A DNA stretch of 64,000 nt, taken from IMG/VR virus record IMGVR_UViG_3300044681_000369, positions 76,971-140,970 of that record. One strand, 5' to 3'. This DNA is from a virus. Both the position numbers and the translations under genes were made by a program. Every line of letters starts with the position of its first letter. Position 1 is the first letter of the stretch. Positions 55,538-64,000 of the stretch are shown here, piece by piece. The notes under the pieces are model-generated. The model was not told the origin of the DNA and did not search any database. It saw only the letters and a program-made list of their open reading frames with translations.

Positions 55538-56870
55538 TGGCTTCTCTCACACATTCTTGTAAAAAGTTTGATAACTCAGGAAAGGTCTCGTTAAAATTTA
55601 AATTACTGCGTCTATCGTACTCCGGGAAAAACTTACCAAAGTCTTTCCTGGCATTAGTACGATATTCTTCGGAAATGGCGTGGGAATCATTATAAAAATA
55701 GTCTCGCACTCTTTCCATCTTATTAATTTCAATTTCTGAAAAGTATTTATGCGACCGCATAAAGTCTACACAATCGATAATATACGTTCCAAAGTCCTTA
55801 GGCAAGATGTTCATTGTCCAATGCGGCGGCTCTTTAAGGTGTGCAATGTCTAGAGTAATTCTATCTCCCCATTTTTCACGCAACTGCACAACCAGCTTTA
55901 AGAAGTCTTTGAAATATGGCACAGTAAGAACATTATATGTGGTCATAAAGCTCAAATAGCCAGTAGGAACTGTTTCCAAGAATGTATTAATATTTTCTAA
56001 AAACAACTCATAGTTTAATCCCCTACGCATATACTCAGCTTGCTTGCCGGTGCATTCTAGGCTGGTAAACAATCTAATATTTTTGATATGCTTGGTTTCA
56101 ATTAAACCTTGAACCCTAGTTACAAATTCTGTAACCCGGCGATTTGTGACTCCCATGTTTGTATTAATCTGGAGAAACAGATTGCTGTTTCCTTCTTCCT
56201 CTAGCATATCAATTAGCTTTGATGTATGTCTAGAGATTAACGGTTCACCGCCAGTGATACGAAATATCTTTAAGTCTTTCTTTAAGGATGGCCACCATTT
56301 CCAAAACGCTTCAACGTATGGATTATACTCTTTATCAGAATATATTCCATCCCAAAGATTATATTGACCATCTTTAATGTCATACGGACCATATTGCTTT
56401 ATTTCATCTTCCCACAGTGATGAAAACGATGGACAACAGTAGCCGCACTTGAAGTTGCAAGCGTTACTAAAACTAATTTCCATGTTATACGGATTTACAT
56501 CAACGTCCCACGGCAAATTGCGTAGAACTTCTGTTTCTTCATTAACATCAAACAGTTGATTGACGTTATCGATATTTTTAACATAACGATCTGAAACATT
56601 GCCCATATCTTCAATGTTCCAGCAATATGAACATTCCTGAGGGCGACCACCCTCAAGCATCATCTTGCGCATTTGTTTTTCGTGAGAAGTGTTATGAAGT
56701 GCGGCAGGATTCTCTGCTATCTCGTTTAGTGGGATATGGAGAGGTGGTGGATGATGGCAACTATGCTTGTGTCCAGTCTGTAGATATAATGCCAACCAAC
56801 GCCATTTTTGTGGACAGAATCCTGGACCAACATCATTCAATACATTCTTAACTGGAATTTTATTAGTCAC
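55530..56870 (-). CDS. Radical SAM protein with twitch-like Cys cluster, paralogue 3
   Basis: CNFKCGYC, TGGEPL, N-terminal CPQKW...SCHHP...CSYCW. Confidence 0.9.
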   Translation of the reverse strand: MTNKIPVKNVLNDVGPGFCPQKWRWLALYLQTGHKHSCHHPPPLHIPLNEIAENPAALHNTSHEKQMRKMMLEGGRPQECSYCWNIEDMGNVSDRYVKNIDNVNQLFDVNEETEVLRNLPWDVDVNPYNMEISFSNACNFKCGYCCPSFSSLWEDEIKQYGPYDIKDGQYNLWDGIYSDKEYNPYVEAFWKWWPSLKKDLKIFRITGGEPLISRHTSKLIDMLEEEGNSNLFLQINTNMGVTNRRVTEFVTRVQGLIETKHIKNIRLFTSLECTGKQAEYMRRGLNYELFLENINTFLETVPTGYLSFMTTYNVLTVPYFKDFLKLVVQLREKWGDRITLDIAHLKEPPHWTMNILPKDFGTYIIDCVDFMRSHKYFSEIEINKMERVRDYFYNDSHAISEEYRTNARKDFGKFFPEYDRRSNLNFNETFPELSNFLQECVREANE

Positions 56871-56995
56871 TTAGTCTTCTTTTTAAAAAATCCAATGTCT
56901 TGCAAAAATTTCCATGAGGAAATAAGAGCAAAAAATACGGATGCTCCAACAACACCATAAACAAAGGTGACGAATATGAATTCAATAATAGCCAT
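56867..56995 (-). CDS. 42-aa single-TM membrane peptide (missing from ORF track)
   Basis: MAIIEFIFVTFVYGVVGASVFFALISSWKFLQDIGFFKKKTK; overlaps both neighbours. Confidence 0.6.
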   Translation of the reverse strand: MAIIEFIFVTFVYGVVGASVFFALISSWKFLQDIGFFKKKTK

Positions 56996-57183
56996 TATCT
57001 TTTAAACCACTCGTTAATAAGAATTGAACATGCATTATGTGGCGGATAGTCTACACCGAATCGATCAAGTGCTTCCGAAGATATAATCCATCCAACGTGA
57101 AAGTTAGTTAATCGACTGGAGTTAAACATACCCATGGACATCATCTTTTTGGCAAATCGAAATCGCCAGAATAAGGTTTTCAT
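56995..57183 (-). CDS. Hypothetical protein
   Basis: TAATG-coupled ORF. Confidence 0.5.
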   Translation of the reverse strand: MKTLFWRFRFAKKMMSMGMFNSSRLTNFHVGWIISSEALDRFGVDYPPHNACSILINEWFKR

Positions 57184-57566
57184 TAATTTCTTCTCATTTG
57201 TGAGATTTCTTTTGCTTGCTCTTCGTTGATGATAGGAACAGCATTAGATTTATGCATCGTGGCTATACCCTTAATCAACGTGCCCGTATACTGCATGGTC
57301 TCTTTCTTCGCAGTTGATCCACCCATGCTGAATACGCTCGGATACTTTTCTCGGTGTTCCCTAGACAATCGATCAAACACAGTTTCTTCCCTAACGTAAG
57401 GTTTGAACTCTTGCTTTACTTTAAGTTTTCCGTGTATCTTATCTATATATTGATCTAGCGTAAGCGGCTGCAGCCTACACCGCTTCATTAGCTTATTGTA
57501 ATCTTTATGCTCTGCTTCCCACTTGGCAAGTTTAGCTTTAGTAATCTTTATGGATTTATGGGGCAT
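57183..57566 (-). CDS. Conserved phage hypothetical protein
   Basis: C-terminal 'YTGTLIKGIATMHKSNAVPI...A.EIS.MRR' motif seen in T4-like phages. Confidence 0.65.
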   Translation of the reverse strand: MPHKSIKITKAKLAKWEAEHKDYNKLMKRCRLQPLTLDQYIDKIHGKLKVKQEFKPYVREETVFDRLSREHREKYPSVFSMGGSTAKKETMQYTGTLIKGIATMHKSNAVPIINEEQAKEISQMRRN

Positions 57567-57580
57567 TTTTAGCTTGTCCT

Positions 57581-57588
57581 TATAAATA
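57581..57588 (+). promoter_or_regulatory. Late promoter TATAAATA for membrane protein pair
   Basis: Exact consensus upstream of 57686..58299. Confidence 0.6.
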
Positions 57589-57595
57589 CTATACT

Positions 57596-57624
57596 ATAGT
57601 AGCATACCTGCCCGCCAAACACAA
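57596..57624 (-). promoter_or_regulatory. Possible sigma70 (extended -10) promoter heading the radical SAM operon
   Basis: TTGTGT-17 nt (ending TGC)-TACTAT. Confidence 0.45.
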
Positions 57625-57697
57625 GACTTTTTTGGACCTTTATTTCGGCTGTAAACCGTTGAATTTGCTATAATTTTTACGGAGCTTGCCGAGTAAC

Positions 57698-57994
57698 GTG
57701 GACGAAATTTTTAAACTTATAGCAGACGTAGGTACACCTATTGCCAGCTCTTTGGCAATGGGGTTTTTCATTTTCCTCGCAATCAAACAACTTCTAGTGG
57801 GTATAGTAGAGCAGGTTAAAACGCTAACCATGTTCTGCAAGTCTTTGGAAAATCGTGCGACTACAATGAGCAACGAAATGATAAAAATCGACTTGCTTGT
57901 CAGTAGCGCATTAGACCTTAGACCAGATACCGATCGTATTTCCAGAGCCGAAAACTTTATAGAAGACGGTAAAGTAGACGCAAGGAGAGATTGA
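57698..57994 (+). CDS. Membrane protein, holin-like candidate (likely GTG start)
   Basis: One N-terminal TM 'VGTPIASSLAMGFFIFL', then coiled coil. Confidence 0.55.
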   Translation: MDEIFKLIADVGTPIASSLAMGFFIFLAIKQLLVGIVEQVKTLTMFCKSLENRATTMSNEMIKIDLLVSSALDLRPDTDRISRAENFIEDGKVDARRD

Positions 57995-58299
57995 TGGAAG
58001 GTATAGCAGAGTTAATTAGCCAGTTTGGTTTCCCAATAGTAGCTATGGTAGCTATAGCATATTTTATCTATTTCATATGGACATTCATAAATGAGCATCT
58101 TGGTCCAGCATTAAACGAAATGCAGATAGCTCTAGTTCGTGTTATCGATAAGACTCGTATGCTTGATCAAGATATGATCCGACTTCAACAGAAAGTTAAT
58201 GTTGTGTTAGAGTACAGGGAAGCACAAAAGATTTTTAGAGAAACTCTTAAAGATAAAGAACTTGAAGAGTTAAACAAAAAAGTAAACGAAATAAAATAA
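57991..58299 (+). CDS. Membrane protein, holin-like candidate (paralogue of the previous gene)
   Basis: 'QFGFPIVAMVAIAYFIYFIW' TM segment, then coiled coil. Confidence 0.6.
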   Translation: MMEGIAELISQFGFPIVAMVAIAYFIYFIWTFINEHLGPALNEMQIALVRVIDKTRMLDQDMIRLQQKVNVVLEYREAQKIFRETLKDKELEELNKKVNEIK

Positions 58300-58325
58300 A
58301 AAAGAGGAGCCGAAGCCCCTCTTTT
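58298..58325. terminator. Bidirectional terminator
   Basis: AAAAGAGG(A)GC-CGAA-GC(C)CCTCTTTT between convergent genes. Confidence 0.8.
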
Positions 58326-58351
58326 CCATTGTAAGTTAGCGGTTAGGTTAC

Positions 58352-58624
58352 TTAGAAGCTAACGCCCTGTGAAGCGAGAGCCTTGTAGCCAGCCGCTACT
58401 ACTGAACGACTGGGTGTGCCCAGACGATAGAAGGTGCGGGTTTCGCCCTTGCTATTAGTGCGAGCATTGCCATAAACTGCATAGCCCTTCATACGCAGGC
58501 TTGAAACAAGCGCACGAGGATTAGCAATACCAAAACGAGCCTTGATCTGGGCTGCGGTCAGAGTTTCACCTGCTTCGAAAGCAGAAAGTACACGATCAGT
58601 CTTATTTACAGTAGTGGTTACCAT
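58352..58624 (-). CDS. Winged helix-turn-helix DNA-binding protein
   Basis: 'RVL.A...GE.LT..QI..RFG.ANP.A.VS.LR..GY.VY', 'YRLGTP'. Confidence 0.75.
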   Translation of the reverse strand: MVTTTVNKTDRVLSAFEAGETLTAAQIKARFGIANPRALVSSLRMKGYAVYGNARTNSKGETRTFYRLGTPSRSVVAAGYKALASQGVSF

Positions 58625-58684
58625 ATTAAATCTCCAAAAAAGAATTATAAAGTGTTTTTCAATAAGTGCTAACTTACATTTACT

Positions 58685-58713
58685 ATAATAGCAAGGCTAT
58701 ATAGGAAAGTCAA
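58685..58713 (-). promoter_or_regulatory. Sigma70-type promoter for HTH gene
   Basis: TTGACT-17 nt-TATTAT. Confidence 0.7.
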
Positions 58714-59660
58714 GAGATTTTTGTAAAATTCTTTATTTCCATACCCATACTATACTTGGCATCATCAGGAAGTTGTACCAAGGACAGTCCATAGTCATTG
58801 GTACCGGTAGGTAGAACTACACCAGGCTTGAGCCTCAGCTTGTTCTTCTTGAATGGGGTATAGTCAACAAAGTGATGCCACCGACCGTACTTCCAGACAA
58901 CCCTAGCCACGTCCGGGTGCATATCAACAAGCATTTGAGACTTGTTGATGGTACCCTTCTCATGGTATCTCTTACCTTCGATTTCCTCACCATCTTCGAG
59001 GAACTCTTTGTGGTAAAACTCGTCGGTATTGCCACCCTTGATTGTCTGGGTGGCAACCTTGCCTTGTAGAAAAGCATTAAACTGTACAGTGCAGTTACCG
59101 TCCTTCAATACACGGAGGCAGATATCGGTGTCTTCATTGTAGCGTCCACGCCAGCGGTGCGGACAATCGTTGCGAATAAGCAAACATGAGTAAATGCGAG
59201 TATTTGCCACATACGGCGGATACTTCTGATTGGGTGCAATGAAGAACCGATACTGAGGACCAGCGATATACAGGTTCTCATAGCGATCAAAGAAGTCTTC
59301 CATGATCTTAAACATCACACCAGACTCAACACGGATTCTTTCATTCCTATGCAGTCGGTAAAAGTCTGAAAGATTGTCATCCATTACCCAATGTGCATCA
59401 TGACCAGTTGCGATTGAGTGATCCCAAGCCCAGTTTCTGGCACGACCTGGACCATCACCATGATTGCTGAACGGCGCAACTAGGAGGGTAACATAGTCGG
59501 AAAGACCAAAGTTTACCAGAGCATCCTTGTACGGCTGTTCATCTTGAGGCTCAATAATGATGTAATGTGGCACCTTCATGCGAGTCAGTGACCGCGAGGT
59601 AATCATAGTGTCAGCACGACCTTTAGAAACAATGTAAACTGGATACTTAGGATTTGTCAT
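58710..59660 (-). CDS. TET/JBP-associated glycosyltransferase (TAGT/GREB1-like GT-A)
   Basis: 'YPVYI.SKGR', 'G.G.ARN..WDHS', 'HWVMDDN', 'NTRIYSC.LI', 'WRGRYNEDTD..LR.LK.G.CT', 'GGNT'. Confidence 0.8.
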   Translation of the reverse strand: MTNPKYPVYIVSKGRADTMITSRSLTRMKVPHYIIIEPQDEQPYKDALVNFGLSDYVTLLVAPFSNHGDGPGRARNWAWDHSIATGHDAHWVMDDNLSDFYRLHRNERIRVESGVMFKIMEDFFDRYENLYIAGPQYRFFIAPNQKYPPYVANTRIYSCLLIRNDCPHRWRGRYNEDTDICLRVLKDGNCTVQFNAFLQGKVATQTIKGGNTDEFYHKEFLEDGEEIEGKRYHEKGTINKSQMLVDMHPDVARVVWKYGRWHHFVDYTPFKKNKLRLKPGVVLPTGTNDYGLSLVQLPDDAKYSMGMEIKNFTKIS

Positions 59661-60736
59661 TAAAATAAACCACTCAAGGAATTTGATGAATACCGAGAAT
59701 AACTGTCGGCGAACATCTTATTTAGGTTCGCAACCCAGTTGTCCTTAGAATGCTTTTGTTTAGTTCTATAACTTATATCACACCTTTGCTCATAAGTCAA
59801 GTCTTTTAATTCATTAATTACCGAACACAGTTCTTCGGTGGAAACCGACGTTGAAACCATTCTATAGTCAGTTTCCCTGTCAGCAATACACTGACTACCA
59901 TGAGTTCCAGTCGAATCCGTTACCAATATCAGTGGAAGCCCTCTAGTTAGTGCTTCCAGCGCGGTAATACCCCAGGATTCGACTGGACACGTTGAAACAT
60001 AGACCTTTCCAGTCGCTAACATCGACATGGTAGTCTTATGGTCTGAATTTTTTACGGTAAATCGCGGACATCCCCATTTTTCGTTGCATCTTGCATACTC
60101 CAACTGCTGGATAGACTGAAAAAGTGGGTCGGAAGTCAACACGCACGTTGTCAAATCGCTTCCGTTGACCTTTTTGTGAAGAAAAAACGGATTTTTAGTC
60201 GGATCCGAGCGTCCAACAGTGATTGCATCATATCTTTTGTTGTTGGAAACTTCTTCCAAGCCGTCGGAAAAGCAAGAATTGACATATCCTCGAACTTTTT
60301 CGACTTTATGACCAAGAATTCTCTCGGAAATAGCATCAAATTTCGATTTTTGATCTTCGGAAACAAAATAAATTGATCCTTGGTTGTCTGTAAACTCTTT
60401 CATAGCTTTAACAGACTCAACATTATAGATGGATCTGATGCCAGGCGAGTGATTTAGCCAAATAACCGGCAAATCATACTTCTGAAATCCTACGGTATAT
60501 GTTGCGTTGAAGTGATTTGTAAAGATGATGTCTGGATTATGCTCATTTACTGCCCTCTGCATAACAGAAGACACGTTTCTATTCATCCTATCTTCATAGG
60601 AAATATAAACTGGTATCACATTGTCAATGTTTTTGTAAACCAGCTTCTGAAACATCTCAACTCCACCTAAAATGGTGTCGCTATCTAAAGAGACGTTCTT
60701 GCCCTCATGCTGGATGACAGGCATCAATATCTTCAT
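59660..60736 (-). CDS. GT4-like GT-B glycosyltransferase
   Basis: 'GGVE', 'VGR.DP.KN', 'ESWGITALEAL..G.P' (E-x7-E). Confidence 0.85.
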   Translation of the reverse strand: MKILMPVIQHEGKNVSLDSDTILGGVEMFQKLVYKNIDNVIPVYISYEDRMNRNVSSVMQRAVNEHNPDIIFTNHFNATYTVGFQKYDLPVIWLNHSPGIRSIYNVESVKAMKEFTDNQGSIYFVSEDQKSKFDAISERILGHKVEKVRGYVNSCFSDGLEEVSNNKRYDAITVGRSDPTKNPFFLHKKVNGSDLTTCVLTSDPLFQSIQQLEYARCNEKWGCPRFTVKNSDHKTTMSMLATGKVYVSTCPVESWGITALEALTRGLPLILVTDSTGTHGSQCIADRETDYRMVSTSVSTEELCSVINELKDLTYEQRCDISYRTKQKHSKDNWVANLNKMFADSYSRYSSNSLSGLF

Positions 60737-61347
60737 TCTTCAATCCAACGAAGCAGATAGTTAGGAGTACGTTCTAGTTTAGGATGCCAAATAGCTTTGG
60801 TTTTATCGGACAGTGGCTGATCAATTCTCTTAGAGAATTCTAGATAATCCTTTTCGTTGCGGAACTTGAAGTTGACACTACGATAGGGTCCATTATCTTC
60901 AATATATTCATACGAAGGCATGCCAACCCAGTGCTTTTTCCATTCCTTCTCATCAACATCTTCAATTGGGATGTCTAGGGATTCTTCCGACTTAACTTTT
61001 CGTGGTGTGACAAGGTTAATGTCTACATTTTCCAAAGACTTTTGTTCTTCTGGAAACAAGGATGCCGACTGATCAATAAGCGGATAAAACATATCCTTGA
61101 TATTGTAACTCACAATAGCTCCAATTTTCTTGCTAAAGTCTACAATATCTTCGGCATTCCGAAAATGAACATATATTACCTTCCAAACTTCTGGATCAAC
61201 TTTCTTTTTCCCAGAATTGTCGGCAAGAGGAGTATCAATTACCTCACCAAGCGCCTGCTCCAAGGTCATACGATACTCGTCATTGAGCCTAGAAGTTTGA
61301 TCTAGGTAGTTTTCGTATGCGGCGGATTCTTTAACTGACATATTCAC
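60733..61347 (-). CDS. TAGT-associated hypothetical protein with internal duplication
   Basis: Two 'V.FRN..D...FS..I....' repeats flanking 'WKKHWVGMP'. Confidence 0.6.
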   Translation of the reverse strand: MNMSVKESAAYENYLDQTSRLNDEYRMTLEQALGEVIDTPLADNSGKKKVDPEVWKVIYVHFRNAEDIVDFSKKIGAIVSYNIKDMFYPLIDQSASLFPEEQKSLENVDINLVTPRKVKSEESLDIPIEDVDEKEWKKHWVGMPSYEYIEDNGPYRSVNFKFRNEKDYLEFSKRIDQPLSDKTKAIWHPKLERTPNYLLRWIEE

Positions 61348-61368
61348 TCCTAAATTTTCACTAGTATA

Positions 61369-62226
61369 TCAGTGTTTTGCTTTAAAGTCAAGAATTTTTC
61401 GAATACCATCTCGCAATCTGACATATCTCGTATAGCCCAAGTCGGCATTTAACTTACTTCCATCCATTCGCTGATAAGGTATCTCAGAAAATTCCTTCTC
61501 AGTATATAGGATTGGGAAATTTGTGCCCATCTCTTCTTGGATTATTTCAATTACCTCTTGCGTAGAATAATTATCATCACTTGTTACATTATATGCGCCA
61601 GTAAGATTGTGCGCCTTCACAAACTGCATAATGATATCACATAGATCGGTTATGTACATGTAATCCCTTCTGTGGGTTTCAGATCCCTTCCAAATCATTG
61701 GCGGATCGCCACGGCTCAAACGATTAATTGTTCCTGGGATAAGTCTAGACAAATTGTTGTCAAGAGGACCATATGTGTTGGTAAGTCTTAAAGATATCAC
61801 ATTCATACCATAATAGTCACGGTAGAAGTCACACAGTTCCGCAGCCAATACTTTAGACATTTCATATGGAGAAAAGCCGAGAAGAGGTGAGGTTTCGTCT
61901 GCAATTTTTGTCTGCTGAATCCCATAAACCTTATCAGATTCTAAGATAACAACAGGAATATTTCTGTTACGGAAAGATTCCAAAACAGAAGCAACAGTCA
62001 TTGTGTTATTCTTAAAGGCATCCCGAGGAGACAGTTCACATTCAGATACTATGGAATTTCCAGCACAATGAATTACTCCGGTTAATCCTTCTAACTCCGA
62101 AACTTTATGCTGAAATTCCAATGTTGAAACATCAAGATCGGAAGGAAATGTAATCCATGGTTGATCTGGGTAGCTTTGTAGTAGCGATCTGCCAATAAAC
62201 CCATCATGACCAGTTAGTAAAAGCAA
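61369..62226 (-). CDS. NAD-dependent NDP-sugar epimerase/dehydratase (start uncertain)
   Basis: TGHDGFIG, SDKVYG, YEMSK, N.YGP.D, RD.MY. Confidence 0.85.
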   Translation of the reverse strand: MLLLTGHDGFIGRSLLQSYPDQPWITFPSDLDVSTLEFQHKVSELEGLTGVIHCAGNSIVSECELSPRDAFKNNTMTVASVLESFRNRNIPVVILESDKVYGIQQTKIADETSPLLGFSPYEMSKVLAAELCDFYRDYYGMNVISLRLTNTYGPLDNNLSRLIPGTINRLSRGDPPMIWKGSETHRRDYMYITDLCDIIMQFVKAHNLTGAYNVTSDDNYSTQEVIEIIQEEMGTNFPILYTEKEFSEIPYQRMDGSKLNADLGYTRYVRLRDGIRKILDFKAKH

Positions 62227-63093
62227 TCAATGATCTCCATCCTGCAACATTTTTAAAACTTCTTCTGCCTTATATCTGTGCCAAGGTATCCCTGGATGCA
62301 GATAGTCTCTAGCTTGCATAGGATATAGTTTCGAATCAAATCCCAATATATTCCAGGTATGGGAATTGGCATTTCCTTTAAAGTCGGTTATAACAAGTTT
62401 AGCACCATTTTTTTGAGTAAGATAGTCAAGCGCAAAAAGATTTTTCAACAGATTTTGTCTGGCAATTTGAGGATTAAGATTTCCGTGCATAATCTGATAT
62501 TCATGAACATCTTTTGTATAGGATTCTTCTACATGACTCCAGCTTCCCATCTGAACAAATTTGCTACCGTGCGCTACTCCAAATGATTCATATCTTATGC
62601 CAGGAGATGGCATCAGAAATACATATGAATGTGGAATCTCTGTTCCCCATGCATTATATACTCTAAATGCGGATTCTAAAGATCCGCCGGAAATACCAAG
62701 ATTGACTTCATTTAAGTTTAGTCTGTTAGCAACAATATTTGTCCATGTGACCTCTTTTGCTACACCAATACCAACGGTCAATGAGCAACCGAGAAATATT
62801 GCCGTGTCTTTTTCTGGATCAAGGGCGTCAAACTCGCTTGTTCTGAAGCCGTATTTGTTGTAGTAATACTCAAACGGATTGGCTAGCCAAAACCTACGAT
62901 GGTCCGGGTTATAGTCTTCCCAGACATTGGCAAGATTATCAAATCGTTCTTTTGTATCTGGCGTTACCCAATCATTATATCCAGTCAATTCCGGAATACC
63001 AATCCGCTCAGATGAAAAGTCTAGACGAGGATCATCATCATTAACATAAAGAGATCGGTCTAAAATAAGGTTAGTGATACGGTTGTTTAGCAT
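62227..63093 (-). CDS. SGNH/GDSL-like protein
   Basis: 'N.YGFR..EF', 'FLGCS.T.G.G', 'NLG.SG.S', 'ARD..HPG'. Confidence 0.7.
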   Translation of the reverse strand: MLNNRITNLILDRSLYVNDDDPRLDFSSERIGIPELTGYNDWVTPDTKERFDNLANVWEDYNPDHRRFWLANPFEYYYNKYGFRTSEFDALDPEKDTAIFLGCSLTVGIGVAKEVTWTNIVANRLNLNEVNLGISGGSLESAFRVYNAWGTEIPHSYVFLMPSPGIRYESFGVAHGSKFVQMGSWSHVEESYTKDVHEYQIMHGNLNPQIARQNLLKNLFALDYLTQKNGAKLVITDFKGNANSHTWNILGFDSKLYPMQARDYLHPGIPWHRYKAEEVLKMLQDGDH

Positions 63094-63244
63094 ATGATGT
63101 CGTTTCTACTTTTTGCATACCAAGGCAGTGTCTAGCCTCATCACGAACCTCAGCGGATACGGCAAAGCCAAATGCTTCGGGATCCAAAAGCCGCCTAATA
63201 AAGCGTTCGTACATATACAGTCTTTCAATATCAGATTTTTCCAT
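63071..63244 (-). CDS. 57-aa hypothetical protein (missing from ORF track)
   Basis: MEKSDIERLYMYERFIRRLLDPEAFGFAVSAEVRDEARHCLG...; fills the gap and overlaps both neighbours. Confidence 0.6.
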   Translation of the reverse strand: MEKSDIERLYMYERFIRRLLDPEAFGFAVSAEVRDEARHCLGMQKVETTSYAKQPYH

Positions 63245-63452
63245 TATTTATTCCGAAATGATCCATTAACATTCTTGCTGAACTTTTATGCGATACGGGT
63301 TCACTATCAAGAACAAATATAAACTGCGCACATTCCTGAACAATCAACTCGGCGAACTCTCGCATCTGTTCAAAGGTGTAGCCATGTATATCACCCTTCT
63401 CAGGATCATACCCTAACCACTCTTGAGCAGGTAGTTTGATTCGTGTGTTCAT
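63231..63452 (-). CDS. Small hypothetical phage protein
   Basis: 'MN.RIK..A', 'EFAELIV.EC', 'HFG' pattern common in phage small ORFs. Confidence 0.6.
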   Translation of the reverse strand: MNTRIKLPAQEWLGYDPEKGDIHGYTFEQMREFAELIVQECAQFIFVLDSEPVSHKSSARMLMDHFGINNGKI

Positions 63453-63456
63453 TAAC

Positions 63457-63987
63457 TCAAATCTCCTTCAAACGATTTTTAGCTTCTTCCAACTGCTTTT
63501 CAAGATCATTAATAATAGACTTCAAATCATCTTTCTCTTTGCTTTCAAATGGAGTAAACTTATTGATTAGATTGCGAACAACATCATCAAAACCATATTC
63601 AAGATCTTCGATAGCAATATTTCTACCATCAATATTTAATTCGTAACCCGCTTTATTGAGACTGCGATATCCAGTTAAATTTTTGTCGTTATAGATGAAA
63701 GAGAACCAATCGTCATTCGATTGAATGTCAGCATTACCACATACCCAAGCATTATCAAAGACCCTAGCATTACCAGAGACCCTAGCATTACCACATACCC
63801 AAGCATTATCAAAGACCCTAGCATTACCAGAGACCCTAGCATTATCAAAGACCCAAGCATTACCAGAGACCCTAGCATTATCAAAGACCCAAGCATTATC
63901 AAAGACCCAAGCATTATCAAAGACGCTAGCGTCCCCAGAGACCTTAGCATTACCAAAGACCCTAGCGTTATCGAAAACATTTTTCAT
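63457..63987 (-). CDS. Hexapeptide-repeat left-handed beta-helix protein
   Basis: About 14 V(F/S/C)(D/G)NA(R/W) hexapeptides encoded by 18-nt DNA repeats (63735-63980). Confidence 0.8.
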   Translation of the reverse strand: MKNVFDNARVFGNAKVSGDASVFDNAWVFDNAWVFDNARVSGNAWVFDNARVSGNARVFDNAWVCGNARVSGNARVFDNAWVCGNADIQSNDDWFSFIYNDKNLTGYRSLNKAGYELNIDGRNIAIEDLEYGFDDVVRNLINKFTPFESKEKDDLKSIINDLEKQLEEAKNRLKEI

Positions 63988-64000
63988 TATGAAAAATCTC

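Noticed and set aside
63675-63980. MLGSL(I/V) repeat ORF
   Set aside because: Alternative frame of the hexapeptide-repeat gene.

Overview
This is a 64 kb piece of a large T4-like (Tevenvirinae/Kyanoviridae-like) myophage genome. Its host is most probably an alphaproteobacterium, judged from a circularly permuted two-piece tmRNA with tag ANDNEGYALAA. From 1 to about 39 kb lies a late tail/baseplate module: tail fibres, a VrlC/DUF4815-like protein, gp8, gp7, gp6, gp25, a split and enlarged gp5, hub, gp53, gp48, gp4, gp2, gp54, gp26/gp51 and tape measure. Embedded in it at 1.7-8.1 kb is a modification-enzyme island: four tandem GT-A paralogues, a methyltransferase-like protein, a 2OG-Fe(II)-like oxygenase and a fifth GT. 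The island lies beside virion proteins with Ser/Thr/Tyr-rich repeats. From 39 to 45 kb are gp32, gp59, gp33, a SleB hydrolase, the tmRNA, an exonuclease, PhoH and a DenV-like glycosylase. From 45.6 to 57 kb is a tightly coupled operon of three radical SAM paralogues, a carbamoyltransferase, two glycosyltransferases, two SGNH-like proteins and an NDP-sugar epimerase. From 58.7 to 63 kb is a TET/JBP-associated glycosyltransferase cluster. The main highlights are: (1) putative virion glycosylation/modification machinery with mucin-like targets, (2) the radical SAM-carbamoyl-sugar pathway, (3) the phage permuted tmRNA, (4) a lambda G/GT-like -1 frameshift joining gp26 and gp51, and (5) a multi-hydrolase split gp5. 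All functional calls come from recognising motifs by eye; no database search was run.
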